Of a stretch of DNA of 64,000 bases, positions 37,120 through 47,404 are shown in pieces. The translations under genes and the position numbers were made by a program. Origin of the DNA: Candidatus Iainarchaeum sp. (GTDB taxonomy: Archaea; Iainarchaeota; Iainarchaeia; Iainarchaeales; CSSED10-239). Each line of letters begins with the position of its first letter. Within the stretch, counting starts at the first letter, position 1. The notes below the pieces were generated by a model that saw only the letters and a list, made by a program, of their open reading frames with translations, had not been told where the DNA came from and ran no database searches. The stretch covers positions 418 through 64,417 of the forward strand of contig JAQVTI010000002.1 of assembly GCA_028700115.1 (NCBI GenBank). Direction: 5' to 3'.

Positions 37120-40100
37120 ATGTTAAAAAAAATATTGTTTGTTTTTAGTTTATTATTTGTTTTTAGTTTATTTACAATGTATGCATATACTGTAACTGAT
37201 GTAAATATAGTAAATTCTTATGGAGGAGATTCTGGAAGTAGTTATAAATTTCAAGTAACTGTTGATGATTCTACAGGATTTACTGAAATCCCTGTAATTA
37301 TTGATTCTGATAAAGAAACAACTCCAATTGATTTTAATATAAATGTGAAAGATGGTGATGTTTTTACTGGTTTTTTTTATATAGATTATGATTCTTCATC
37401 TTCTTCTTTTAAAGAACCAGAAGGTTATCCTAAAATAATTGTAAATGATGTTGATGAAATTGTTGTTTCTGCAGGAGGTCAAAATGATTCTTTGACTGTA
37501 GATATTATTTCTCCAGTTATTGGAGATTATACAATTGAGTCTTTAGGAAGTAATTATGAAAATTATTATTCCGGAGATATTAATTTTACTATGAGTGGTT
37601 ATTCAGATGCAGATTCTGGACTTGTATATTATGTTGCTGATTTAATTGAAGATGGTTATGAATTAGATTATTGTGAACTTCAATCAAATTTACTTTTATC
37701 TGTGTTATTTGATTTACAAATTTCTGTACATCCTGATAATGAAATTAATGTGGATACTACTGAGTATACAGATGGAAATTATTTTTCATTAATAGGAGTT
37801 TTAGATGCTGCTTCTAATTCTGGATCTTTAGATGATACTATTGCTACTAATAAAAATATAATTGTAGACAACACCTCCCCAACAATTAGTTCTTTTAATT
37901 TAGGAACTTTAGAAGATGGTTCTACTTATTATACAGATTCAAATGATTTTGTTATACAAATTGTTTTAGAAGATAACTTGTCAGGAATAAATCCAGTAAA
38001 TCCAAATTCCTTAATTACAGTTGTTGATCCAAATTCAACAACATATGCTTCTTATAGAGATTTTAATACAGAAATAAATGGTTTTTATGTACCTGTTGAA
38101 TCATCTTTTACAGATGGACAAGTTTTTGAAGTTTCTTTTGATGTAAATGATTATGTTAATAATAATATTTCAAAAAGTTTTGATATACAAATAGATTCAC
38201 AAGTTCCAACAACTCCTACTGAAGCAACTCTTACAAGAGATGTTGATAATAATATAACAATTGTAAGTTGGGGGACTTCAACTGACTCTGGAAGTGGAAT
38301 AAAAGAATATAAAGTTTATAGATCTGAAAGTGATTTTACAAATGTAACTTCTCAAACTTTAATTTGTACAGTTTCTTCTTCAGCAACAAAGTCTTGTGAA
38401 GATACTTCTGAAAAAGATGATGATACAAGATACTATTATGGTGTTGTTGCAATTGATAATGCAGGAAATATATCTCAAGTAGATTCTTCTAGTGTGAAGA
38501 CAGGTCCTGATTTATTTGTTGAAATTGAATCTGATTATACAAATAATGCTACTCCAGATATTAATTTAGAATTTAGTAATGATGTAAATTTAATTAGATT
38601 TAGTTGTAATGCTTCAACTTTTACTTCTTGGATTGAAGTTTCAGGAGATTCAGAAGTTTATAATGAATTTAATATAACTTCTGGAAATGGTTGTAATTCT
38701 GATGATGGTAAAAAAACAATATATGTTGAAGCAAAAAGTGAAGATGATCCTTATTTAGTTACTAGAAAATCAGATGATGTTAAATATGATGGTCATGCAC
38801 CAGATAAACCTACAAATGTAGATGTAAGTTCAAGAACAAATGGTTCTTTATATCTTACATGGGATGAATCTGATGATAATTATAGTGGTATAGATTATTA
38901 TAAAGTATATTATTCAAATTTAGATGCAGTAGGAATAAATTCAGAATATGAGACTACATATAATGAAACTTATGTTTTCGATCCAAATATTAATGAGACT
39001 TATTATTTAAAAATTTCTGCAGTTGATGAAGCTGGAAATGAATCTGATTTAAGTAGTTTAGTTTCTGGAGAAACTAAAAGATTTGGACCTACTTTTACAA
39101 TGTCTGTTTCTCCAAAATCTAATATAGAAGATATTATTTATTTAAATAAAGGCATTTCTAGTTTTACATTTGTTTCAGATGAAACTTTAAAACAAAAACC
39201 AACTGTTAAAATAAAACTTGATAATTCTTCTCTAAAAACAATTTCTTCTGGAGTTTGGGATCAAGATAAAACTTTAACTTTAGATTATAATTTCTTTGAA
39301 GAAAATGGTGATTCTGAAATTCAAATAACAGGTGTTAATTTATCTGATGAAGAATCAACAGATATATTTGAGTTTGTTTTAGATACTACACTTCCAGATT
39401 TTAATTATATTTATGATTTTAATAATCCAAATTTAAATATTAATATTTCTTCTTTTTCTGAAGATATTACAAAGTTTCAATATTTATTAAATGATACAAT
39501 TTCTCTTTGTTTAAAAGAAGATTCTACAGATTATAATTGTAGTGTATTAACTACTGATTATGAAGATGGTAACCATATAGTTTCAGTTGTTGCATATGAT
39601 CCTGCATTAAATGTGGTTGTAAAAAAATTTAATATAATTTTTGATAATGTAGATGAAGAAATAGTTAATTTAGAAAATATAATTACACAAGTAAATCAAA
39701 AATATGATGATATAATTTCTAAATTAAAAATTTTTGATCAACTTTTAATAATTATTTCTAAAGATATTTTAAATAGTTTAAATGTTATTGATATTGATTT
39801 AAATGTTGCTGAAGAATTATATAATAAAAAAAGTGTCTTAGAAGCAACAAATCTTTATAATAAAATTAATTCTGATCTTGATAAAGTTATAGATATTCTT
39901 CCAAAAGAATCAATTATACAAACTATTGATTTTAATTATTCTTTTGATCAAAATTCTTTTGTAAATGTTTTGCCTATTGTTATTGATCAAAATATATTGA
40001 CAGATACAAATATATTGTATTTAGAAAATAGTATAATTTCTTCTAGAACTTTTTCAGTTTTAGAAATTGATTCTGAAAAATTTCTTTCTATAAATCTTTC

Positions 40101-40725
40101 TTTTAAAAATATTTCTAAAAAGGAAAAAACAATTACTTTTATTGAAAATATTCCAAAAAATTTTGCAAGTGATATAAAAGATTTAATTTTTAGTCATGAA
40201 GTAAAAGTTCTTTTAGATGATCCTATAATTATATATACAATTGTAATCCCTGCAGAAAGTAATTTTTCTTTAAGTTATAAAAATTTAAATCCAATTACAG
40301 ATTTTGATGTAGCTACTAATTTTAATCAAATTGAGTTTAGTTCTCCGATTGTTTTAAATGGAGTTGTTACTTCTAAAGATATTGATTTAAACATTATTAA
40401 AAGTAATTCTTTAGTTTCATATTTTGCAGTTGGTTTAGTTGCTTTAATATTTTTATTAATAATTATTTGGTTAATTGTTTCTGCTACAAAAAAGAAAAGA
40501 GATTTAGTTAATCCTACAAAATCAGATGATATAAATAATATTTTGGGTAAGAACAATTCTTCTTTAGAAAATAATGATGATAATTTAAAATCTTCAGATT
40601 ATCCTTCTAAAAAATCTTTAGAAGATAAAAATTCTTCTTTAGAAAATGATTATGGTATTTCCAATAATACTTTTGAAAGTAATTATGAGTTTATTTTAGA
40701 TGCTGTTAAAAGAGTTAAAAAATGA
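37120..40725 (+). CDS. large cell-surface protein with fibronectin-III-like domains, a C-terminal TM and a tail
   Basis: Signal peptide. Two FN3-like modules (IVSWGTSTDSGSGIKEYKVYRS ... YYYGVVAIDNAGNIS and LYLTWDESDDNYSGIDYYKVYYS ... YLKISAVDEAGNES). TM segment FAVGLVALIFLLIIIWLIV. Confidence 0.6.
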   Translation: MLKKILFVFSLLFVFSLFTMYAYTVTDVNIVNSYGGDSGSSYKFQVTVDDSTGFTEIPVIIDSDKETTPIDFNINVKDGDVFTGFFYIDYDSSSSSFKEPEGYPKIIVNDVDEIVVSAGGQNDSLTVDIISPVIGDYTIESLGSNYENYYSGDINFTMSGYSDADSGLVYYVADLIEDGYELDYCELQSNLLLSVLFDLQISVHPDNEINVDTTEYTDGNYFSLIGVLDAASNSGSLDDTIATNKNIIVDNTSPTISSFNLGTLEDGSTYYTDSNDFVIQIVLEDNLSGINPVNPNSLITVVDPNSTTYASYRDFNTEINGFYVPVESSFTDGQVFEVSFDVNDYVNNNISKSFDIQIDSQVPTTPTEATLTRDVDNNITIVSWGTSTDSGSGIKEYKVYRSESDFTNVTSQTLICTVSSSATKSCEDTSEKDDDTRYYYGVVAIDNAGNISQVDSSSVKTGPDLFVEIESDYTNNATPDINLEFSNDVNLIRFSCNASTFTSWIEVSGDSEVYNEFNITSGNGCNSDDGKKTIYVEAKSEDDPYLVTRKSDDVKYDGHAPDKPTNVDVSSRTNGSLYLTWDESDDNYSGIDYYKVYYSNLDAVGINSEYETTYNETYVFDPNINETYYLKISAVDEAGNESDLSSLVSGETKRFGPTFTMSVSPKSNIEDIIYLNKGISSFTFVSDETLKQKPTVKIKLDNSSLKTISSGVWDQDKTLTLDYNFFEENGDSEIQITGVNLSDEESTDIFEFVLDTTLPDFNYIYDFNNPNLNINISSFSEDITKFQYLLNDTISLCLKEDSTDYNCSVLTTDYEDGNHIVSVVAYDPALNVVVKKFNIIFDNVDEEIVNLENIITQVNQKYDDIISKLKIFDQLLIIISKDILNSLNVIDIDLNVAEELYNKKSVLEATNLYNKINSDLDKVIDILPKESIIQTIDFNYSFDQNSFVNVLPIVIDQNILTDTNILYLENSIISSRTFSVLEIDSEKFLSINLSFKNISKKEKTITFIENIPKNFASDIKDLIFSHEVKVLLDDPIIIYTIVIPAESNFSLSYKNLNPITDFDVATNFNQIEFSSPIVLNGVVTSKDIDLNIIKSNSLVSYFAVGLVALIFLLIIIWLIVSATKKKRDLVNPTKSDDINNILGKNNSSLENNDDNLKSSDYPSKKSLEDKNSSLENDYGISNNTFESNYEFILDAVKRVKK

Positions 40726-40731
40726 TGAATT

Positions 40732-41919
40732 ATGATCAGAGGTATTGAAAAAAGAATTATAATTGTAGGTGCAGGCCCTATTGGGCTTTATTGTGCATAT
40801 CTTCTTAAAAAAAATAATCCTTCTATTTATGTATCTATTTTTGAAAAAAATTCAGATTCTGGGGAAAATATTTCTTGTGGTGGGCTTATAAGTAAAGATG
40901 GTTTTAATAATTCTTTTCTTTCAAAAATATTAGACCCTAAAGATTTTGTAATTAATAATTTAGGGGCTGTTAAAATTTATTCTCCATATAAATTTTTTTT
41001 AGATATAAATTCTAAAAAAGATATGGCATATGTAATTGATAGAGATAAATTTGATAAAATTTTAAGAGATCTTGCAAAATCTGTTGGTGTTGAAATAAAT
41101 TATAATTGTATTGTTGAAAAAATCTATTCAAACAATTTAGAATATAAAGATTTAAAAACTTCTATAAAAAAAGAAATTTATTTTGATGTTTTAGTTGGCG
41201 CTGATGGACCAAATTCTATAGTTAGAAAAAGTATTCCTTTTAACTATGATAATTCAGAAAATATTCATGCATATCAAGTTTTAGCAGAAGGAAATTTTAA
41301 TTCAAAAAAAGTATTTATTTATTTAGGTGCCCCTTCTAAATCTTTTTTTTCATGGATAATTCCAATTAATAAAAATCTTGCAAAAATTGGTGTTGGTTCT
41401 ATTTTGGGTCAAAATCCTAAAGAAGTTTTTAGTTCATTTATTTCTAAAAGAAATATTCTTTTTACAAAAATAGTTTCTGAAAGTTCTGGAATTATTCCTA
41501 TTTCAAAACCTTTTAAGAATTATGTTTTTAAAAATAAAATAATTATAGGAGATTCTGCATTTTTTGTAAAAGCAACTACTGGAGGTGGAATTAATTTTGG
41601 TCTTTTATCTTGTGAATATGCTCAAAAAGCAATTTATGATTTTTTAAAATATAAAAAACCATTAAGTAATTATAATATTTTAATTTCCAAACTTCTAAAA
41701 GAATTAAAATTACATTATAAAATTAAAAAATATATTTTTTCAAAAACAGATCCTGAATTAGAAGATTTTATTATTAAATTAAAATCTATAGATTTAGATA
41801 AATTTTTAGAAAAAAAAGGAAATATGGATTATCCGTCTCTATTTTTTACAAAGCTTTTTTTAAAACCAAAAATATTTAAATTATTTCCAGAAATTATTAA
41901 ATTTTTTAAATCATCTTAA
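40732..41919 (+). CDS. geranylgeranyl reductase family FAD-dependent oxidoreductase
   Basis: IIIVGAGPIGLYCA (FAD), VGADGPNSIVRK and GDSAFFVKATTGGGI motifs. Confidence 0.8.
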   Translation: MIRGIEKRIIIVGAGPIGLYCAYLLKKNNPSIYVSIFEKNSDSGENISCGGLISKDGFNNSFLSKILDPKDFVINNLGAVKIYSPYKFFLDINSKKDMAYVIDRDKFDKILRDLAKSVGVEINYNCIVEKIYSNNLEYKDLKTSIKKEIYFDVLVGADGPNSIVRKSIPFNYDNSENIHAYQVLAEGNFNSKKVFIYLGAPSKSFFSWIIPINKNLAKIGVGSILGQNPKEVFSSFISKRNILFTKIVSESSGIIPISKPFKNYVFKNKIIIGDSAFFVKATTGGGINFGLLSCEYAQKAIYDFLKYKKPLSNYNILISKLLKELKLHYKIKKYIFSKTDPELEDFIIKLKSIDLDKFLEKKGNMDYPSLFFTKLFLKPKIFKLFPEIIKFFKSS

Positions 41920-42508
41920 TTTTAATATTTTTTATTTGTTTTTCAATTTCTTTCCAGTTTTTCACAATTATTATTTTTTTATGTTTTATTTTTTTTTTAG
42001 TTTGAAAATTATGATTTTTATTTTTTAGTAATATTACAAAAATACCATTCTCTGCACATTTATAGGCATTATCTAAATTATCTTCAATAATTAGGTCAAT
42101 TTTTATTTTTTTACAAATTTCAAATTTTTCATCTTTCTTTTTATTTGTATAGTTTAAAAATATAATTTTTTTAAAGCAGTTTTTAAAATATTTATTTAAT
42201 AAAAATAAAGTTTCTTTTTTAATTAAATTATTTCTTGCTGTTATTATATATAATTCGTTTTCTTTTTTTATTTTTTTAATTATTTCTATAGAATCTTCAA
42301 TTGGTTTTATTTTTTCATGGTATTTTGTTTTTGAAAAAATAATAAATCTATTAATATATTCAGTATAATCTATTTTTAAATAATCATATATTTTTTCGTC
42401 TTCTTTTTTTTTATAATTTATTTTAGTTTTAAATTTAGCATTATGAAAATCTATAAATTTCTGTTTAGAATAAAAAATAGTTTCATCAAAATCTATTGCT
42501 ATTTTCAT
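41906..42508 (-). CDS. HAD-superfamily phosphatase (5'(3')-deoxyribonucleotidase-like)
   Basis: MKIAIDFDETIF (DxDxT). The track's N-terminal extension to 42577 overlaps a tRNA gene. Confidence 0.55.
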   Translation of the reverse strand: MKIAIDFDETIFYSKQKFIDFHNAKFKTKINYKKKEDEKIYDYLKIDYTEYINRFIIFSKTKYHEKIKPIEDSIEIIKKIKKENELYIITARNNLIKKETLFLLNKYFKNCFKKIIFLNYTNKKKDEKFEICKKIKIDLIIEDNLDNAYKCAENGIFVILLKNKNHNFQTKKKIKHKKIIIVKNWKEIEKQIKNIKIKMI

Positions 42509-42547
42509 ATTATATCCTATTTTTATTTTTTTAAGAAATAAATTAAA

Positions 42548-42620
42548 TAGTCTGGAGGAGATTCGAACTCCTGTCATAAGATCCAGGGTCTTATATGCTT
42601 AGCCACTACACTACCAGACT
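42548..42620 (-). tRNA. tRNA-Gln (anticodon CTG), with an atypical anticodon loop CCCUGGA (C33)
   Basis: Reverse complement: agtctgg ta gtgt agtggctaa gcat a taaga ccctgga tctta tgac aggag ttcgaatc ctcct ccagact a. Paralogous to the tRNA-Gln(TTG) at 62951. Confidence 0.65.
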
Positions 42621-42652
42621 TTTGGAAACTTAAATATATTTTTTAAAATTTT

Positions 42653-43798
42653 TTATTTTTCCCACATTTGTTTTGCAAGTTTCCCAGAATACATATATTT
42701 ATTTAGATCTTTTTTATTTTTTTCTTTGTTTTCTTTATGTTTTTTAATAAATAAAATTATTTTTTCAATTAATATTTTTTTTAATTCTCCACTTGTGAGT
42801 TTACCAGTTTTATAATTTTTATAAATCTCATTAATTTTATTATCTTCTTCTTCAAATAATATATTTAACCAATTATAGCATACATCAATTTCAGGAATTC
42901 CCCCATATTTTCTATGTTCTTCTAGAGTTGGTTTTCCTCCTGAAAATGCATATTTATTTATTTTATTTTTTATAGTTTTTTCATCATCATCTAAAAATAT
43001 AGCACTATTTTCATTTGATGAAGACATTTTTCCATTTATTCCTTGTATTGGGGATAATAATTTATTATGTATTGCTGTGACTTTTTTAAAGTTTAATTTT
43101 TCGGAAATATCTCTTTGAATTCTCCAATAAGGATCTTGATCTATTCCTGCAGGTATTAAACAATATTTATCTCTTTCAAAAGTTGTAGGTACTATTTGAA
43201 TCATTGTATAAAATATATGACCTAAATTAGTTTCATTATTAAATCCAAAAATTGCTTTTGCAGTTGATAAATTTGTTCTTTTTGCAAATTTTAAAGCAGT
43301 TTTATACATTTTAGATATATATTCTGTATTTTTAAAAAAGAAAGTTTTATCAGGATCAAATCCAATTGCAGCAATTTCTTCAAAATTTTGTATACTTATT
43401 TTATTTATCTCTTCTAGGTTTAATTTTTTTGAAATTAAATATTTTTCATCATCTGAAAGCATAATATAAACATTACATCCAAATTCGTCTTGAAACCATT
43501 TTGCAGTTATAAATGAAATTAAATGACCTATGTGCATTTTTCCAGAAGGCCCTCTTCCTGTATAAATATAAAAATTATTATTTTCTATGTTTTCTACAAT
43601 TTTATTAAAATCTCTATGTGAATATATAAAATTTCTTCTAAAAAATAAATGTAGTTTTTTACTTTTTGTTTTGTTTTCTAAGTCTTTTTTTAATTTTTCA
43701 GTTAATTTGGTTGTTCCGAATTGAGAAATTAATTTTTCATAGTCTATTTCTCCAGAAACTTGCCAAGGTGTAACTATTTGTTCTTTTTTTATATTCAT
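42653..43798 (-). CDS. trpS: tryptophanyl-tRNA synthetase
   Basis: VTPWQVSGEIDYEKLISQFG N-terminus, HIGH motif (KMHIGH), KMSSS loop. Confidence 0.85.
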   Translation of the reverse strand: MNIKKEQIVTPWQVSGEIDYEKLISQFGTTKLTEKLKKDLENKTKSKKLHLFFRRNFIYSHRDFNKIVENIENNNFYIYTGRGPSGKMHIGHLISFITAKWFQDEFGCNVYIMLSDDEKYLISKKLNLEEINKISIQNFEEIAAIGFDPDKTFFFKNTEYISKMYKTALKFAKRTNLSTAKAIFGFNNETNLGHIFYTMIQIVPTTFERDKYCLIPAGIDQDPYWRIQRDISEKLNFKKVTAIHNKLLSPIQGINGKMSSSNENSAIFLDDDEKTIKNKINKYAFSGGKPTLEEHRKYGGIPEIDVCYNWLNILFEEEDNKINEIYKNYKTGKLTSGELKKILIEKIILFIKKHKENKEKNKKDLNKYMYSGKLAKQMWEK

Positions 43799-43844
43799 TT
43801 TATTTCCTTCTTTTTTTAAATGTTTTTCTTTAATATATTTATAT

Positions 43845-43920
43845 ATTATATATTTATAAGTATTTTTATATTTGTTAATTATATATTTATAAGTATTTTT
43901 ATATTTGTTAATTATATATT
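43845..43920. repeat. 33-bp direct repeat x2 plus a partial third copy in the divergent trpS/sufS intergenic region
   Basis: attatatatttataagtatttttatatttgtta occurs at 43845-43877 and 43878-43910. Confidence 0.85.
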
Positions 43921-43981
43921 TTAATCAAATTTAATTTTTTTAGGAAATATAAAAATTAAATATAATTTAAAGTGAATTTTA

Positions 43982-45196
43982 ATGAATTTTGAAAAATTAA
44001 GAAAAGATTTTCCAGTTTTAAGAAATAATAAAAATTTAGTATATTTTGATAATGGTGCTACTTCTCTTAAACCTGATTGCGTAATTGAAAATATAAATAA
44101 ATATTATAAAGAATGTACTTCAAATGTACATAGAGGAATACATAGGCTTTCTATGGAATCTTCTGTAATTTATGAAAACACACATGAAAAGGTTGCAAGA
44201 TTTATCAATTCTAAAAAAACAGAAGTTATTTTTACATTAAATAGTACAGATTCAATTAATCAAGTTATGTATTTTTTATACACTTCTGATTATTTTAAAA
44301 AAAATGATAAAATAATTTCTAGTGTTATGGAACATCATGCAAATATAGTTCCTTGGCAGTTTATTTCTAAAAAGTTAAATTTAAATTTAGAATTTATAGA
44401 AGTTGATTCTAATTTTAAACTTGACTTAAATGATTTTGAAAAAAAATTAGATGAAAGTACAAAGCTTGTAACAATTACATATATATCAAACACAATAGGA
44501 ACAATTAATCCTGTTAAAGAAATTATTAAAAAAGCACATGAAAAAAATGCACTTGTTTTAATTGATGCTTCTCAAGCATGTCCTCATATGAAGATTGATT
44601 TTAAAGAATTAGATTGTGATTTTTTAGTTTTTACAGCACATAAAATGCTTGGGCCTACTGGAATTGGATTTTTAATTGCAAAAGAAAGTCTTTTAGAAAA
44701 ATTTAATCCATTTAGATATGGTGGAGATATGATTAAAAATGTAACTTTAGAGAAAAGTGAATGGAATAAACTACCTTTAAAGTTTGAAGCAGGAACTCCA
44801 AACATAGCAGGGGCTTTTGGTGCTTTTTCTGCAATTGATTATTTAGAAAATATTGGAATGGATAATATTTCTAAAAATGATTCTAAGCTTTTAGATTATT
44901 TATTAGAAAAAACTTCTTCAATAAAAAATTTAGAAGTCTTTAATCCAAAAGATTCTAAAATACAAGCTCCTATTTTATTGTTTAATCTTAAAGGTTTTGA
45001 TCCAAGAGTAGTTTCTTCTCTTTTAGATGAAGTTTCTGATATTGCTACTAGATCAGGAACACATTGTGCTCAGCCTATAGTTACTAGGTATAATCCAAAA
45101 GGTTTAGTTAGAGCTTCTTTATATTTCTATAATACTTTTGAAGAAATTGATAAGTTTGTAGAAACAATTAAAGTTATTGATAAGGATTTTAGATAA
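43982..45196 (+). CDS. sufS: cysteine desulfurase (SufS-like class V aminotransferase)
   Basis: FTAHKMLGPTGIG (PLP lysine) and RSGTHCAQP (catalytic Cys). Confidence 0.85.
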   Translation: MNFEKLRKDFPVLRNNKNLVYFDNGATSLKPDCVIENINKYYKECTSNVHRGIHRLSMESSVIYENTHEKVARFINSKKTEVIFTLNSTDSINQVMYFLYTSDYFKKNDKIISSVMEHHANIVPWQFISKKLNLNLEFIEVDSNFKLDLNDFEKKLDESTKLVTITYISNTIGTINPVKEIIKKAHEKNALVLIDASQACPHMKIDFKELDCDFLVFTAHKMLGPTGIGFLIAKESLLEKFNPFRYGGDMIKNVTLEKSEWNKLPLKFEAGTPNIAGAFGAFSAIDYLENIGMDNISKNDSKLLDYLLEKTSSIKNLEVFNPKDSKIQAPILLFNLKGFDPRVVSSLLDEVSDIATRSGTHCAQPIVTRYNPKGLVRASLYFYNTFEEIDKFVETIKVIDKDFR

Positions 45197-45364
45197 TTTT
45201 TTTTAAAATTTTTAATTATTTTTTTTAATAACCTTATTTTTTAAATTTTAGGTTTTCATAGCTTTTTAAATACTTTTCTTTCTATAAATATATTTAGAGA
45301 TTTATATAGAGATATCTATATTTATTTTAAATAGATATACAAAAATTTTACAAAAGGTGGAAAA

Positions 45365-45643
45365 ATGGACAATGTTGAAGGTAACACAATTTTTATAGGT
45401 AAAAAAGGTACTATGTCTTATGTTCTTGCTGTAATAACTCAATTTAATCAAGGTGCAAATATAGTGGTTATTAAAGCTAGAGGAAAGACAATTTCAAAAG
45501 CAGTAGATGTTTCAGAAATTGTTAAAAATAAATTTGTAAATACTTTAAAAATTGAAAATATATTAATTTCTACAGAAGAAATCTCTACAGAAAATAATAC
45601 TCCTATGAAAGTTTCTGCAATAGAAATTGTTTTATCTAAATAA
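45365..45643 (+). CDS. albA: DNA/RNA-binding protein Alba
   Basis: NTIFIGKKGTMSYVLAVITQF ... IKARGKTISKAVDVSEIVKN. Confidence 0.9.
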   Translation: MDNVEGNTIFIGKKGTMSYVLAVITQFNQGANIVVIKARGKTISKAVDVSEIVKNKFVNTLKIENILISTEEISTENNTPMKVSAIEIVLSK

Positions 45644-45700
45644 TATAATTTTTAAATAATTAAATTTTTTTGTTATTTATTTTATTTGGAGGTGTATAAA

Positions 45701-45895
45701 ATGAATAGAAATGTAGTTGATTGGGTTGCTTTAATTCTTTTAATAGTTGGGGGTCTAAATTGGCTTTTAGTTGGTTTTTTTAAATTTGATTTAGTACAAG
45801 CTATTTTAGGAAGTATACCTGTTTTAAGAGATATTGTTTATATCTTAGTAGGTATTTCTGCTATTTGGACTATTATTAGAATAAAAAATATTTAG
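45701..45895 (+). CDS. DUF378-family small membrane protein
   Basis: VDWVALILLIVGGLNWLLVGFF motif. ATG after a GGAGGTG SD. Confidence 0.7.
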   Translation: MNRNVVDWVALILLIVGGLNWLLVGFFKFDLVQAILGSIPVLRDIVYILVGISAIWTIIRIKNI

Positions 45896-45955
45896 TTTCT
45901 ATAAAGAAACTAAATTTTTAAAAAATATAATCTTACAGTTACTATCTTATTTTTT

Positions 45956-47404
45956 TTAATTTGTAATTAATCTTGGAATAGGTAAATTAATTTTAGGGAA
46001 ATAATTATTTATTTTTTTAATAAAGTTTTTATCTTTTGTATAAATTTTTTGATCATTGTAAATAAATCTATATTTATTTTCACTAACTTTAATTAAAGTA
46101 TCTTTTTGTAAATAAATTATATTTTCTGAAACTAAAGGATCATAAAATTTTGTATTTTTGTGAACCATAAATCTTGGTATTTCTTCTAATAAATCATTTA
46201 ATAACTTATATTCTGTAATATATAATATAAAATTAGGAGTATTTTCAAGACCATTTGCTAAAGTGTTTACATTATTTGCAGAATTACTAAGATTAATTGA
46301 TATTTCAATATTTGTTAGTCTTTTTTTTAAATCATGTATTATTTCAGATACAAATGATTCTTTTTCTCTACAATACCAATTTAATGAATTTTTTTTATTT
46401 GTAATTTTTATATCTTTTTCTTTTGTAAGATTAAAAGCATCTATTAAAGGAATTTGTTCTTTTTGATTTTCATAGAATGGTCCAATAGGTATTTCATTTA
46501 ATTTGTTTATTTTCATAAAATTAATTCTATTTTCTTTATTTTTATTATTTTTATGAAAATAATTTCCCCAATTTTTATTTTTTGAAATAAAATAATACCC
46601 ATTTTTTAAAAAATTTACTTCTATTAAAGAACTTGATAAAACATTTGTTTCAAAAATACTTTTTGGTTTACAGCATTTACAATTCATAGTTTCATATGAA
46701 ATATTATTATATTCCTTTTGTAATAAATATGGCCAAATATTTGAAAAATCTAAATCAATTGTTTTTTTATTAGATAAATATTTTTTTTTGTATTCTATTT
46801 TTGATAAATTTTTTAGAACTAATTTTTTTTTAAAAAAATTATTTTCAAATAAAATATTTAATATTTGTTCATTTCTTATGTTTTCATAAGGTTTAGTTTT
46901 TAATATGTTTGAAAGAATTAATCTTTTTGCAACAATTGGAATTAATATTTTTTGTTCATTAAAATCTAAGTTTTTAATATATTCTTTAATTGCTAGATTT
47001 ATTTTATTTTCATTATTTATTTTTTTAATTTTATTTTTTGAAATTACAGTAAACATATCAAAATAGCTCCATTCTTTTTTAATCAAAAATTGCCTTTGTG
47101 GTTCTATTAAAATTATGTTTTTGTTTGTAGATATACTTAAAATTTTAGAGCATTTTTGTAGAATAGTGTAATTTTTTGCAAAAATTATACATTTATTTTC
47201 TTCTTTTTCAATTTTTATATTTTTTTTAAAATCAGAAAGTAGATTTTCACAAATCTCTTTTGATATATCTATTATAAAAGAAGGATTAAATTTTTCTATA
47301 TAGATAAATTCTTTTTTCTTTGTAAGTGGGTTTTTTGAAAAATATAATATTATTCTATTTTTTTCTTCTTCATAAATATTATCTATTAAATATAATTTAT
47401 TCAT
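45956..47404 (-). CDS. hypothetical protein; degenerate, probably inactive, family-B DNA-polymerase-like protein (tentative)
   Basis: By-eye resemblance to archaeal PolB. N-terminus LYLIDNIYEEEKNRIILYF. IDLDFSNIWPYLL ... NISYETM compares with motif A LDFxSLYPSII ... NVSPDTL. NWYCREKESFVSEI compares with RWYCKECAESVT. LYITEYK sits where YIDTDG would be. Confidence 0.35.
   Translation of the reverse strand: MNKLYLIDNIYEEEKNRIILYFSKNPLTKKKEFIYIEKFNPSFIIDISKEICENLLSDFKKNIKIEKEENKCIIFAKNYTILQKCSKILSISTNKNIILIEPQRQFLIKKEWSYFDMFTVISKNKIKKINNENKINLAIKEYIKNLDFNEQKILIPIVAKRLILSNILKTKPYENIRNEQILNILFENNFFKKKLVLKNLSKIEYKKKYLSNKKTIDLDFSNIWPYLLQKEYNNISYETMNCKCCKPKSIFETNVLSSSLIEVNFLKNGYYFISKNKNWGNYFHKNNKNKENRINFMKINKLNEIPIGPFYENQKEQIPLIDAFNLTKEKDIKITNKKNSLNWYCREKESFVSEIIHDLKKRLTNIEISINLSNSANNVNTLANGLENTPNFILYITEYKLLNDLLEEIPRFMVHKNTKFYDPLVSENIIYLQKDTLIKVSENKYRFIYNDQKIYTKDKNFIKKINNYFPKINLPIPRLITN

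Noticed and set aside
42509-42577. N-terminal extension of the HAD phosphatase ORF (track start at 42577).
   Set aside because: It overlaps the tRNA-Gln(CTG) gene on the same strand. The conserved DxDxT motif lies immediately after the ATG at 42508.
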